DNA of 37,863 nucleotides from an uncultured virus (IMG/VR IMGVR_UViG_3300025122_005623) (IMGVR_UViG_3300025122_005623), one strand, 5' to 3'. Counted from the first letter of the stretch, positions 28,961 to 37,816 are shown. The notes: generated by a model not told the origin, from the letters alone. Program-made: numbers and translations.

Positions 28961-30564
28961 TATCTATCCTTCAACAACTTCCAGCCACCCTCTAATGCGT
29001 TGGCGATAACGGCATCTCTTTCGGGATAAAATGTGTGATGATTAGCGGCCGCAGACGTAGCCTTGCTGTCTACTCCCAATTCATATCCCTGCTGAGAGCT
29101 ACTCTTGCTAGGCTCGCTCTGGGGATGAGGAGGCACATAACTTCTTATACCTCCATATTTTTGTGCTAAATAGGCAAACTGAATGTCTTCGCCATTCTCC
29201 CATGTGCTGGGCTTCTCTCTCCACAAATATGACAGCCACTCGCGCCTGAAGAACCACGCGTGGCCTACCAGGTCGACTTCTTTTATTTCTTCATTGTTGC
29301 TCGCCCAGCCGTATCGCACGTGGTCTGCATATGCGCTACTGTTTAACTCCACACCAATTCCGCCCAGAATTCCCTCTTTAGCCTTCATTGTCTGTAGGCA
29401 GTTTTTTAGCCAGTCTTCGCCCGGCATTGTATCGTCATCAAATAGCGCCACGTATTCAGTGTCAGCCAAAAGAGCCGCGGCAAAGCGCCCATAAAATTTC
29501 CAATTATGATCATTCAAAAAAACTCGATCTGCTCCTACCGAATTAAAATCAAAGTCCTTTGCGTCTTCATGATGATTGACCCATACCCATATGTGTTTAG
29601 GCTTAACGCTTTGATTTCTAATGCGCTCAATCTGTTCCTTTAAAAGGTGCGTCCTCCGGTAAGCATTTAATATTACTGTTATTTCTCGTCCCTTGGTGGC
29701 TAGACTTTCATCACTTAAAAGGTTTTCTATTTTGTCCACGATCTTTTTATTATTTTCCCGAGTAAAATCAATAAGTTCTTGACCCTTTAGCTTAAACCAA
29801 TCTTCGCTGGTGGCTCCAATAAGACCATTGGTTTTAATACCGCAATTAACCATGCGAGCCTCTACTATAACTCGACAGCATGTTTCTAGAACCGTAGGAA
29901 AAAAGATAAAATTTCTGCATTTAGAAAGGTCTTCTATAAATTCGTCAAAACCACAAGCTCCTATAATTTTATAATCTAGATTGTTTTCTTCACAATGCTT
30001 TATAGAGCGCTCCATGTTTTTAATGGGGTTGTCTGATTTCATCACAGCATAATCAGTTACTTTATCGGTATTACAGTGGGTTTCTAAGAGAACTAAATTT
30101 TCTTCTGACCATAGGCTGCCTCCCATATTAACCACATTGCAGCTGCCAGGTAAATTGCTGCTAACAACTTCAGTATGCATTTTAGTTTGAGTGCACACAG
30201 CAACGGCGTTTTCATAAAATGGAACGTTTATTAAAAACTTTTTAGGAACCTTAAAATTTTCAAAGTCAGACACGTTTCTTATTAAACAATATTTGTGATC
30301 ATGCTCAATAATAATATAGTCTTTCCCCCCCAGTGTACTCTTTACGGGTGCTTGTAGTTGTACAAAGTTGGAAACGATATAAAAATGATCATGCGCTTCA
30401 ATATATTCTTTAGTGAGTGCCCTGCTTAAAACACAACTAACATCGTGTCCTCTTTTGCGTAAGTGTTTTATGCATACATCATCATAAAGCTCGGCGCCTC
30501 CATATAAATGACCCAGAGCGACATTCAATTCCACTATCGCATCTGCGACAAATGTAATATCCAT
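28960..30564 (-). CDS. Two-domain glycosyltransferase (GT-B-like N-terminus plus GT2/GT-A C-terminus)
   Basis: N-half GGAE...ETCCRVIVEA; C-half ITVILNAYRR...ALFDDDTMPG...GEDIQF. Confidence 0.8.
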   Translation of the reverse strand: MDITFVADAIVELNVALGHLYGGAELYDDVCIKHLRKRGHDVSCVLSRALTKEYIEAHDHFYIVSNFVQLQAPVKSTLGGKDYIIIEHDHKYCLIRNVSDFENFKVPKKFLINVPFYENAVAVCTQTKMHTEVVSSNLPGSCNVVNMGGSLWSEENLVLLETHCNTDKVTDYAVMKSDNPIKNMERSIKHCEENNLDYKIIGACGFDEFIEDLSKCRNFIFFPTVLETCCRVIVEARMVNCGIKTNGLIGATSEDWFKLKGQELIDFTRENNKKIVDKIENLLSDESLATKGREITVILNAYRRTHLLKEQIERIRNQSVKPKHIWVWVNHHEDAKDFDFNSVGADRVFLNDHNWKFYGRFAAALLADTEYVALFDDDTMPGEDWLKNCLQTMKAKEGILGGIGVELNSSAYADHVRYGWASNNEEIKEVDLVGHAWFFRREWLSYLWREKPSTWENGEDIQFAYLAQKYGGIRSYVPPHPQSEPSKSSSQQGYELGVDSKATSAAANHHTFYPERDAVIANALEGGWKLLKDR

Positions 30565-30572
30565 TAATATTC

Positions 30573-31826
30573 CTATTCAAAGCTCACGACTTCTTGCTCT
30601 AGTGGCGAAATATCCATCTCGCCCCACTCAGCCTGCCATACGTTTTTACAAAAATTCTCCATCATCTTTTCAGGAGCAAATTCTTTTAAAACATGTTTTT
30701 GAAGTTTTTTTGCAGTCGCTCGAAAGCGGTCGGGCGATTTATAAACTTCACGGAGTTGTCTCTTATAACTGGTTTCATCCGCATATGCCCACAAGCTATC
30801 CTTTACCAGTACTCCCTCCCAGTTCGCTTCTGGCGGAATCTGAGCTAATGAGTACTCTACTTTGGCGATGTGAGGGCGCAATTTGCCATTTTTATTGAGA
30901 GCAAAAAGAAAATCGTTTTGGCCACTCCACAAGGTGGTCACTATAGGTAGGCCGTTATAGGCAGCTTCAAACAAAGGAAGACCAAATCCCTCTCCGTGAC
31001 TAAGAGAAATAAGAGCCTTAATCTTGGGATGCCGGTATATCCATGTTAAATTTTCATCTGTAAGGCTTCCGTGCATAAAATATATTTTACACTTTTTAGC
31101 CTCATACGGTTTTATGATATTTTCAAGCACTTGTTCGGTGTGATATCTGTCCATTGTAGAATCGTTAGCCGTATTTGTTTTTACAATAAGGCCTACTTCC
31201 TCATCCCGAAACTCTTCTATAAACCACCTAATAGTGTTGGGAAGATTTTTGCGAGGGCCAAATTGAGCAACTGCGAGAAAATTAAAATCGGTAGATAGCT
31301 CAAGATTGATGGGCTCTGGTTCATAAAAACGAACCGGGTAATTAGCAACTCCTATTGGGGTCGTACATCTAAAATTTGGAATCTGTTCACCTGTCTGCTG
31401 ATTGGTGGCCTGATAAACAGTAGACTCATACACCTCTTTAGAGTGATTAGAAACAACAATTATTTTATCCATCAAATTCCCGTGTTCGACCCATTCCGGA
31501 GAAACTTTCGTTGTCTCAATCCCGGCTGTAAATCCTATATCCACAGGCGCTATTTTTTCCCACTCATTGGGAATTGTTATTTGCAAAGAGCACATACACT
31601 GTTTACCCGTTTGAGCAAATGCTATGGTTTTGTGCAGTAAATGATCAAGCCATGCTCGCTCTTCATCATCCTCCGCAATAAATCCGGTTCTTCCCCATGG
31701 AATATTAATTAAATATATATCAAACAAATCTTCCCGGCCTCGAAGTGATCGTAGGGCAAACCTAGTCTGTTCTCCGTAGCCGGATCTTGAATATGCTGGG
31801 CCCTTTACCAAAATTGTTTTTTTCAT
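30573..31826 (-). CDS. GT4-family glycosyltransferase
   Basis: SRSGYG, RKNL, SHGEGFGLPLFEAA. Confidence 0.9.
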   Translation of the reverse strand: MKKTILVKGPAYSRSGYGEQTRFALRSLRGREDLFDIYLINIPWGRTGFIAEDDEERAWLDHLLHKTIAFAQTGKQCMCSLQITIPNEWEKIAPVDIGFTAGIETTKVSPEWVEHGNLMDKIIVVSNHSKEVYESTVYQATNQQTGEQIPNFRCTTPIGVANYPVRFYEPEPINLELSTDFNFLAVAQFGPRKNLPNTIRWFIEEFRDEEVGLIVKTNTANDSTMDRYHTEQVLENIIKPYEAKKCKIYFMHGSLTDENLTWIYRHPKIKALISLSHGEGFGLPLFEAAYNGLPIVTTLWSGQNDFLFALNKNGKLRPHIAKVEYSLAQIPPEANWEGVLVKDSLWAYADETSYKRQLREVYKSPDRFRATAKKLQKHVLKEFAPEKMMENFCKNVWQAEWGEMDISPLEQEVVSFE

Positions 31827-31827
31827 T

Positions 31828-33093
31828 TTAAAACTCCTTTATATAATAGGGAGTATAATTTTTACGCTCATTCCAAGATCCGCACGTTTCATGAACTTCA
31901 GTAAGCACTTCGTCCCATTTTTTAAGATACGTTTCAAAATGATAATTAGTATTAACATGTTGGCGCCCCGCTTGGCCCCATTGGGCGCGCTGTTCGGGGG
32001 TTGCATTGTAAAATGTCATCAAAGCTTCTAAAAAGTCTTCTTTATTAAGTCTATCTTCATAGATATAGGGAACCTCTTGAGATCCAATAATAGCTCTTGA
32101 AGCCGGCTGTAGACCAATCCCAAACCACTCTTTCCCGTTAGTTACTTGCTCTTGGAGTCCTCCCGTCATATTAACTAGAATGGGGGTTTCACACGCTAAA
32201 GATTCCAGAGTGGCCAACCCAAAACCTTCGGCATCGGAAATATTGATGGTACAATCAGCTAGATTATACATTAGCGCAAGATTGGGCGCCTCGACCTTCT
32301 CCCTAGAAAACATGATTTCTCCGTTTAAAAGTCCAAGCTGTGTAATTATTTTTTGCAGATCTTGACCGTGTACATCTTTAGGATCCGTATGCATGATTAA
32401 ACACGCATTGTCATGACCAACTTTATCCAAAAATTCTTTAAACCACCAAATTAGGGTACCAGATTGTTTACGACGTGCATTTCGATTGTTCCAAAAGAAG
32501 ATCATCCGTTTGGGGTTCTTTTCGTTGGGAAACTGTTTTTGTCTAAATTCAGCGATCGCTTCCTCTGGTACTTTACAAAATATTTCTAAGTCCACAGCGT
32601 GAGGCAAATAACTATGAGAAACCTCCGGAACTAAATTATCTATCAATTCATAAGTTACTTTTGAGATACATGCTATATAATCATTAGATTTATAATATGG
32701 AATATTGAAATCAGGATAAGGAAAGTTATCCCACACATGATAGTAAATCATTGGCACGTGTGGACGAATCTCGTTTTCAATCTCCCATAACCATGGGAAA
32801 AACCTCGGATCCGTCATAAACCATAACATATCCGGTCGATGTGTACGCAGGATTGACCGTACTTGATCTTGAGAACCATATCCGTCTACTGGAAATATCA
32901 GCCAGTCATCTCCAAATTGTTCTGTTTTCTGAGGCTGATAATTATCATGCTTAATCGCCCCCCCAAATGAAATAAACTGATATTTACCAGTCTGGAGCAT
33001 CCCATCGATAATATATCTAGTTTGTGTTCCAACACCCGAGGGCGAAAGAGGATGATCGCTTAGCGTAAGAATCTTAATCTTTTTATCAGTCAT
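31828..33093 (-). CDS. GT4-family glycosyltransferase
   Basis: SGVGTQ, PHAVD, NRNARRKQ, EGFGLATLESLAC. Confidence 0.9.
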   Translation of the reverse strand: MTDKKIKILTLSDHPLSPSGVGTQTRYIIDGMLQTGKYQFISFGGAIKHDNYQPQKTEQFGDDWLIFPVDGYGSQDQVRSILRTHRPDMLWFMTDPRFFPWLWEIENEIRPHVPMIYYHVWDNFPYPDFNIPYYKSNDYIACISKVTYELIDNLVPEVSHSYLPHAVDLEIFCKVPEEAIAEFRQKQFPNEKNPKRMIFFWNNRNARRKQSGTLIWWFKEFLDKVGHDNACLIMHTDPKDVHGQDLQKIITQLGLLNGEIMFSREKVEAPNLALMYNLADCTINISDAEGFGLATLESLACETPILVNMTGGLQEQVTNGKEWFGIGLQPASRAIIGSQEVPYIYEDRLNKEDFLEALMTFYNATPEQRAQWGQAGRQHVNTNYHFETYLKKWDEVLTEVHETCGSWNERKNYTPYYIKEF

Positions 33094-33102
33094 ATTATTT
33101 CC

Positions 33103-33864
33103 TTAAGGGCATTCTTTGGTCATATTGAACGGGCACTTGTAGCAATTGCTGCGCTTTTTAAGATACCGCTGCTTTTCAATATTATAAAGAGCCATGTGTA
33201 ATAATTTAAGTGCGTTCTCAATTTTTTTTGCTCCGCTAGTAACACGGAAGAACTCAACTTTGTTCTTATCAGCTGTTCTTTTGAGCAGTGCGAAGTGAGT
33301 CTCAACGTTTTTAGGATCGATATTGTGTTTTAAACAAAAGAAATATTTGTATAATGTCAACTGATAAGTTACTATCGGCATGCTGCGTCGTCGAGAATCC
33401 CATCCCCATGATGTAGTCTTCCAGTCTACAATGTGATATTTGCCATCATCAGTTTTTACAACCGCGTCGATAAATCCTTTAAAATTTAAGTGATCATTAA
33501 TAGGTACCATAAGCCCCTCTTCGCTAGAAATAATTTCATAGTTCTTGAAGTACTCTTCTAGCGCGGGCTCGATTTCTGGCAAAAGAGCTATTCCTTGCGG
33601 AACCATTTCCATGGCCCTTCCCAGATTGAATTCTACTTTACCATCTTCAAGTTCTTTAAGGGCTTTTTGAAAAGTTTTAACGAAGGTTGCTCGATCATCA
33701 AAATCCTCTTTAAGAAGTTTTTTCTCGCACACATCGTGAATAGCATTTCCAAATGCTGTATATTCATTTCCCTTAAAAGCCTTGAGGCCCTCAATATGAA
33801 CTAGCTTGTGATAAAACGGACAGAAGTCCCAATTTTTAAGCTCGGAGTAAGATATGTGAGGCAA
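33103..33864 (-). CDS. PD-(D/E)XK nuclease, Cas4/RecB/AddB-like
   Basis: SYSELKNWDFCP, GNAIH, GFIDAV...IVDWKT, YQLTLY, C-terminal CYKCPF...C; TTG start. Confidence 0.88.
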   Translation of the reverse strand: MPHISYSELKNWDFCPFYHKLVHIEGLKAFKGNEYTAFGNAIHDVCEKKLLKEDFDDRATFVKTFQKALKELEDGKVEFNLGRAMEMVPQGIALLPEIEPALEEYFKNYEIISSEEGLMVPINDHLNFKGFIDAVVKTDDGKYHIVDWKTTSWGWDSRRRSMPIVTYQLTLYKYFFCLKHNIDPKNVETHFALLKRTADKNKVEFFRVTSGAKKIENALKLLHMALYNIEKQRYLKKRSNCYKCPFNMTKECP

Positions 33865-34542
33865 TCAAATATTGTCACTTTCTTTGTATAGCGTATTTAG
33901 TATATTATATAATACCGGACTCACTTGTTTCACTACGCTGCCGGCCTCAAGATAATATTTTTCAAACCCATTGGCAAAATATTCTCTCAAAGATGTGGCG
34001 GCATACGGGGAAGCAAAAAGACCCATCGTTAAATTTAACAACGTTGGATAGCCTATGACATCGCCGAGGAACTCATCAAATACTTCTGAATACACCGGAT
34101 CTAAATAGTTTTTTTCGGGAAATTCATATCCATGCGCATCTAAGATGGTTTTAAGTCTTTCTCTTTTTCCCAGAAATTCTGCTTCTAGGGCGCCGGTTCC
34201 ATATATAAGCGGCGCAAATGTTGATTCTAATGAATGCGCAATTTCATGAATAGCGTCCTCCAATAGATCGTGAGTGGTGGGTTCTTCATTCGTGATATAA
34301 ATTGCTTCATCCGCATAAAGAGCATTTCTTCCATCTAATATAGGAAAATTGCCAATATAAATTATTTCTACATTCTGCAGCAAATGCTGAGGAACTCTCT
34401 TTTCAATTTCTTCTACAAATTGCCCCAGATCAGCCTCCTCGGATTCAAGTTTGTCTTTAATCACAACAGGTAGAAAACCGTAAATACTATATTCACGGGC
34501 ACGGGCCCTTGATTCTTTAATATAAGAATATAAGCTATTCAT
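33865..34542 (-). CDS. Putative zinc metallopeptidase (HEXXH...E)
   Basis: IHEIAHSL and YAATSLREYFANGF. Start moved to ATG 34542. Confidence 0.65.
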   Translation of the reverse strand: MNSLYSYIKESRARAREYSIYGFLPVVIKDKLESEEADLGQFVEEIEKRVPQHLLQNVEIIYIGNFPILDGRNALYADEAIYITNEEPTTHDLLEDAIHEIAHSLESTFAPLIYGTGALEAEFLGKRERLKTILDAHGYEFPEKNYLDPVYSEVFDEFLGDVIGYPTLLNLTMGLFASPYAATSLREYFANGFEKYYLEAGSVVKQVSPVLYNILNTLYKESDNI

Positions 34543-34822
34543 CTTCGCTTTCTTCTGGATCCAGTGCAGCCAGCTTTTCTCCCTCTTCGACGTCCGACAG
34601 TCCCTGATGGTATCCGCGAATCCAGTTCTCTTCGGCAACTGCCATTAAAAACTCAGGAAAATCATCTACAAACGTTTCCACTACCATGCCAACAGTCACA
34701 TTTCCATCGTCTGGCAACATCTTCTTGCCTACGTACTGAACAATAAACTCTTTGAGCTCGTTAACAATTTCTACTGTTTTCTCTAAATCGGGATTCTCCC
34801 CAAAATCTACTTCTGTACTCAT
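34535..34822 (-). CDS. Hypothetical acidic protein
   Basis: 95 aa ORF with AGGAG ribosome-binding site; overlaps next gene. Confidence 0.75.
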   Translation of the reverse strand: MSTEVDFGENPDLEKTVEIVNELKEFIVQYVGKKMLPDDGNVTVGMVVETFVDDFPEFLMAVAEENWIRGYHQGLSDVEEGEKLAALDPEESEDE

Positions 34823-34831
34823 TTTTTTCTC

Positions 34832-36172
34832 CTATAAATGTTTGGCGGCATATGTTGCCACTTTTGATCTCTCACCTTTCATTAATGTGATATGCCCAGC
34901 TAACTCAAAATCTTTAAACTTTTCTACTGCATGAGTCAAACCATTTGTTGTTTCATCAACATACGCATTATCTATCTGTTCTATGTCCCCAGTCAAAATA
35001 ATCTTTGATCCTTCTCCTACTCTAGTTATTATAGTCTTTAATTCGTGAGTTGTCAAGTTCTGAGCTTCATCAATAATAATAAATGCATTGGCTATCGATC
35101 TGCCGCGAATATACGTCAGCGCTTCGATCTCTATTCTACCACGATCTAGATACATATCTAAAGTGGTTTTGTCATTTCCCATTAAAAACTGAAGATTGTC
35201 CTGGATGGGGGTGAGCCATGGCTTCATCTTCTCTTCAAGTGTACCCGGCAGGAAACCCAAATCCTTGCCCAGAGGCATCACAGGACGCGATACAATCATC
35301 CGGGTATAGTGAGGCTCCCCTTTGACCATAAAGTCGTCTACAGTCTGCTGTAGGCCCGCTGCGATGGTGCAGAGAGTCTTTCCAGAGCCAGCTTTACCAA
35401 TCAACGTGATAATCTGAACATTGCGGTCCATCAATAGTTCCATTGCAAACTGTTGCTCTTTGTTCCGAGATTTTACTCCCCATACTCCCTTGCTATATTT
35501 GGTCATACGCCGGAGTGGTTCCATGGGGGAAATAAAGCGCGCTAATGCCGTCTTTTTCTGATTAGCATTGGAAACCAACATTATAAATTGATTAGGATGA
35601 TAGAGAACTTCTTCTGGTTCTAAATATATATCTTCACCCTCGTAGAATCTTTCAATCACCCGATCATCAATCAGGTGAGAAGCAAAGCCAGTATAGATGC
35701 TCTCACTATCTTCTACAACTTGATTGTTAATATAATCTTCTGTTTCCAATCCAATTGAATCGCATATAACGCGCATATTGATATCGCGCGAAACTACAAT
35801 AACTTTGCGAGTAGGGTGCTCGTTCTTAACTGATAATGCAGTAGCAATGATAAGGTGATCTGGGATGGAGGGGTCTAAATCTTTTGGCAGGCCACTCTTT
35901 CGCAAGCCTTCAGTCCCCCAGGCGTATAAAAGGCCATGACCTTTGCGAACTCTTACCCCTCCGAATAAAGAACCCTTATCACGAAGCTCATCTAAAATGC
36001 GGATTGTCTTACGAGACTGAATACCTACACCGTCCTGACGCTTTTTGTGTTTGTCAATTTCTTCTAATACTTTAAAAGGAATTATAAGGTCATTATTCCC
36101 ATAGCTATAAATGCAATCAGCATTTGTCAGGAGAGCACTCGTATCTAAGACATAAATCTTTTTTCTGCTCAT
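34832..36172 (-). CDS. phoH: PIN-PhoH (PhoH2/YlaK-type) protein
   Basis: PIN domain YVLDTSAL...EEID...VSRDINMR; Walker A GKAGSGKT; LGFLPG, YIRGRS, IIDEAQN, GDIEQID. Confidence 0.95.
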   Translation of the reverse strand: MSRKKIYVLDTSALLTNADCIYSYGNNDLIIPFKVLEEIDKHKKRQDGVGIQSRKTIRILDELRDKGSLFGGVRVRKGHGLLYAWGTEGLRKSGLPKDLDPSIPDHLIIATALSVKNEHPTRKVIVVSRDINMRVICDSIGLETEDYINNQVVEDSESIYTGFASHLIDDRVIERFYEGEDIYLEPEEVLYHPNQFIMLVSNANQKKTALARFISPMEPLRRMTKYSKGVWGVKSRNKEQQFAMELLMDRNVQIITLIGKAGSGKTLCTIAAGLQQTVDDFMVKGEPHYTRMIVSRPVMPLGKDLGFLPGTLEEKMKPWLTPIQDNLQFLMGNDKTTLDMYLDRGRIEIEALTYIRGRSIANAFIIIDEAQNLTTHELKTIITRVGEGSKIILTGDIEQIDNAYVDETTNGLTHAVEKFKDFELAGHITLMKGERSKVATYAAKHL

Positions 36173-36218
36173 CTAATATTAAGTAGGGTCTATGAACAAC
36201 TTCTTGTTGTTTTTGTTA

Positions 36219-36449
36219 CTAATCTCGATAGTGTTTTACCAGCACTCCAAGAGGTACCCACACCAACGATACGAGTACCATAATGACTTGTATGCCAAAA
36301 ATCGGATCTAAATATCCTGTCATTCTTAACGAATTGGTTATATTGGCAATAAAAACTCCATTAAGAGACACTATAAGAAAAATGATACCGAGAGTTAAGA
36401 AAATGTAGATAAGATCGTATACTAACAACCTAATTCTTTTAAAATTCAT
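36219..36449 (-). CDS. Small membrane protein
   Basis: Two hydrophobic segments; start moved to ATG 36449. Confidence 0.6.
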   Translation of the reverse strand: MNFKRIRLLVYDLIYIFLTLGIIFLIVSLNGVFIANITNSLRMTGYLDPIFGIQVIMVLVSLVWVPLGVLVKHYRD

Positions 36450-36762
36450 GATGTTGCTTTTTTTCTTCTGGTCGGTATAAAAGTTCATTCACGACAAATC
36501 CGTTCTTAGGTCCTTCGCGATGTTTTGGAAACCACCTGTTGGTATCCATTATATCTATAAATGAGTTTAAGGTATAGTAAATGTCTCCGCTAACTGTTTC
36601 GAGGCGCCAACGAGTAGCTCGATCTTGCGACTTCATATCACATTGAAAAGATTTTATATCATCCATTCGAATATAAGCGTGATAGTTTTTACTATTGTGT
36701 ACATATGTAAAATCCACAAAATAGGCGCCTGTTTCCTGGGCTCCTTCAACATTAATTTTCAT
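36439..36762 (-). CDS. Hypothetical protein
   Basis: 107 aa ORF, GAGG upstream, overlaps neighbours. Confidence 0.7.
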   Translation of the reverse strand: MKINVEGAQETGAYFVDFTYVHNSKNYHAYIRMDDIKSFQCDMKSQDRATRWRLETVSGDIYYTLNSFIDIMDTNRWFPKHREGPKNGFVVNELLYRPEEKKQHHEF

Positions 36763-37255
36763 TATTTTTTCCTCTCAAAAGAATTCTTTTATCTGGCCTG
36801 GGTATATCCAGGTTGTCGACATCCAATTCAGCAATCAAATTGGAATCATTTACTAGGTCTGAACTACTTTGTACCTTGTCGCCGCCGAGGGCCCAGGCCA
36901 TTTCAATCCCTAGCTGTTTACAAACAGCCATTTCGGGAGTGTTTTTGTTTGTTCTATCACCTCCGTTGCCAAAAATATCAGGCCTAATTCTATGGAGTGC
37001 TTCGCAAACAGTGCCGTCCGTATCATCTACAGACGCTACGTCCGTTACTCCGCGGATAGCCTTCAAAATTTCTATTCTCTCATCCCAGGGCATAAATATA
37101 TATCCTTTTTTACGCATCAGCCAATCATCACTATTTACTGCGATTGTAACGTTTCCTAGTTCTGATGCGGCTAATATCATACGCACGTGCCCAATGTGGA
37201 TAGGATCAAATCCTCCCGAAAGCAGTATCGTGGTATAGGGAGTTCTATTCGTCAT
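36752..37255 (-). CDS. HXGH cytidylyl/adenylyltransferase family protein
   Basis: SGGFDPIHIGH, VNSDDWL.RKKG, PDIFGNGGDR, KVQSSS. Confidence 0.9.
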   Translation of the reverse strand: MTNRTPYTTILLSGGFDPIHIGHVRMILAASELGNVTIAVNSDDWLMRKKGYIFMPWDERIEILKAIRGVTDVASVDDTDGTVCEALHRIRPDIFGNGGDRTNKNTPEMAVCKQLGIEMAWALGGDKVQSSSDLVNDSNLIAELDVDNLDIPRPDKRILLRGKNNEN

Positions 37256-37502
37256 TTTCCATTTTTAGAGGAGGTTCCGGCAAAAAGTTTCTTTGCAGCG
37301 ATGCAATTGCTTCTTCCGCGTCGGCCATCTTTTTGGTGGCTGTTATGACTTCTTCTACGATATTAGGATGATCTCCGATTGCAACCGCACTATGAAGATA
37401 TAAGTCCAAAGTAGCAATCGCCTCCTGGCGATCTGCTTCAAAACTGCTAAGCGCGGCTCTCAAAAGCTGCGATGCGATTCTATCTGTGTGTTCTTGTGAC
37501 AT
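37245..37502 (-). CDS. Hypothetical phage protein
   Basis: Helical hairpin with AIGDHPNIVEE, resembling a GIGEH-type motif recalled from small T4-like phage proteins. Confidence 0.7.
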   Translation of the reverse strand: MSQEHTDRIASQLLRAALSSFEADRQEAIATLDLYLHSAVAIGDHPNIVEEVITATKKMADAEEAIASLQRNFLPEPPLKMENDE

Positions 37503-37504
37503 TT

Positions 37505-37771
37505 TTATTCCTTTCTTACGTCTTTATGTATGTAAACTACATTTCCTTCTTTTTTAATGTTCAATTCTTTTTCTAATTCTTCAAGCTCTTCAATTTCCCA
37601 AGGCATTGGTACAATTTCATTATGTGCCAAGGCTACTTCATGATAGTTTAGGCGTGTTTCTAAATGATGAATTCTATTATAGAATAATACGATATGTTTT
37701 TTTAACATAATAATATTAAAAAAAGTCAGCGCCGCAACTGCCAGTAGCAAAAAGAAGTTAAGCTCTATCAT
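37505..37771 (-). CDS. Hypothetical protein with N-terminal hydrophobic helix
   Basis: 88 aa ORF directly downstream of the sigma70-type promoter. Confidence 0.7.
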   Translation of the reverse strand: MIELNFFLLLAVAALTFFNIIMLKKHIVLFYNRIHHLETRLNYHEVALAHNEIVPMPWEIEELEELEKELNIKKEGNVVYIHKDVRKE

Positions 37772-37779
37772 CTATATCT

Positions 37780-37808
37780 ATGATACACTATTACCGCTTA
37801 TTTGTCAA
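37780..37808 (-). promoter_or_regulatory. Sigma70-type promoter
   Basis: Minus strand TTGACA (37808-37803), 17 bp spacer, TATCAT (37785-37780), with an AT-rich tract upstream. Confidence 0.8.
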
Positions 37809-37816
37809 TAATATTT

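Noticed and set aside
13838..33093. Bacterial O-antigen/capsule locus or giant eukaryotic virus origin
   Set aside because: No flippase, polymerase or priming transferase; continuous coupling to phage genes on both sides; Shine-Dalgarno sites, a sigma70 promoter and baseplate genes argue against an NCLDV.
28960..33093. DNA glucosyltransferase (hypermodification) system
   Set aside because: No hydroxymethylase, TET/JBP or other base-modification gene in the window; disfavoured but not excluded.
33103..33864. CRISPR-Cas locus
   Set aside because: No repeat-spacer array and no other cas genes.
329..37238. All plus-strand ORFs in the six-frame track
   Set aside because: They are antisense shadows of well-supported minus-strand genes and show no recognisable motifs.
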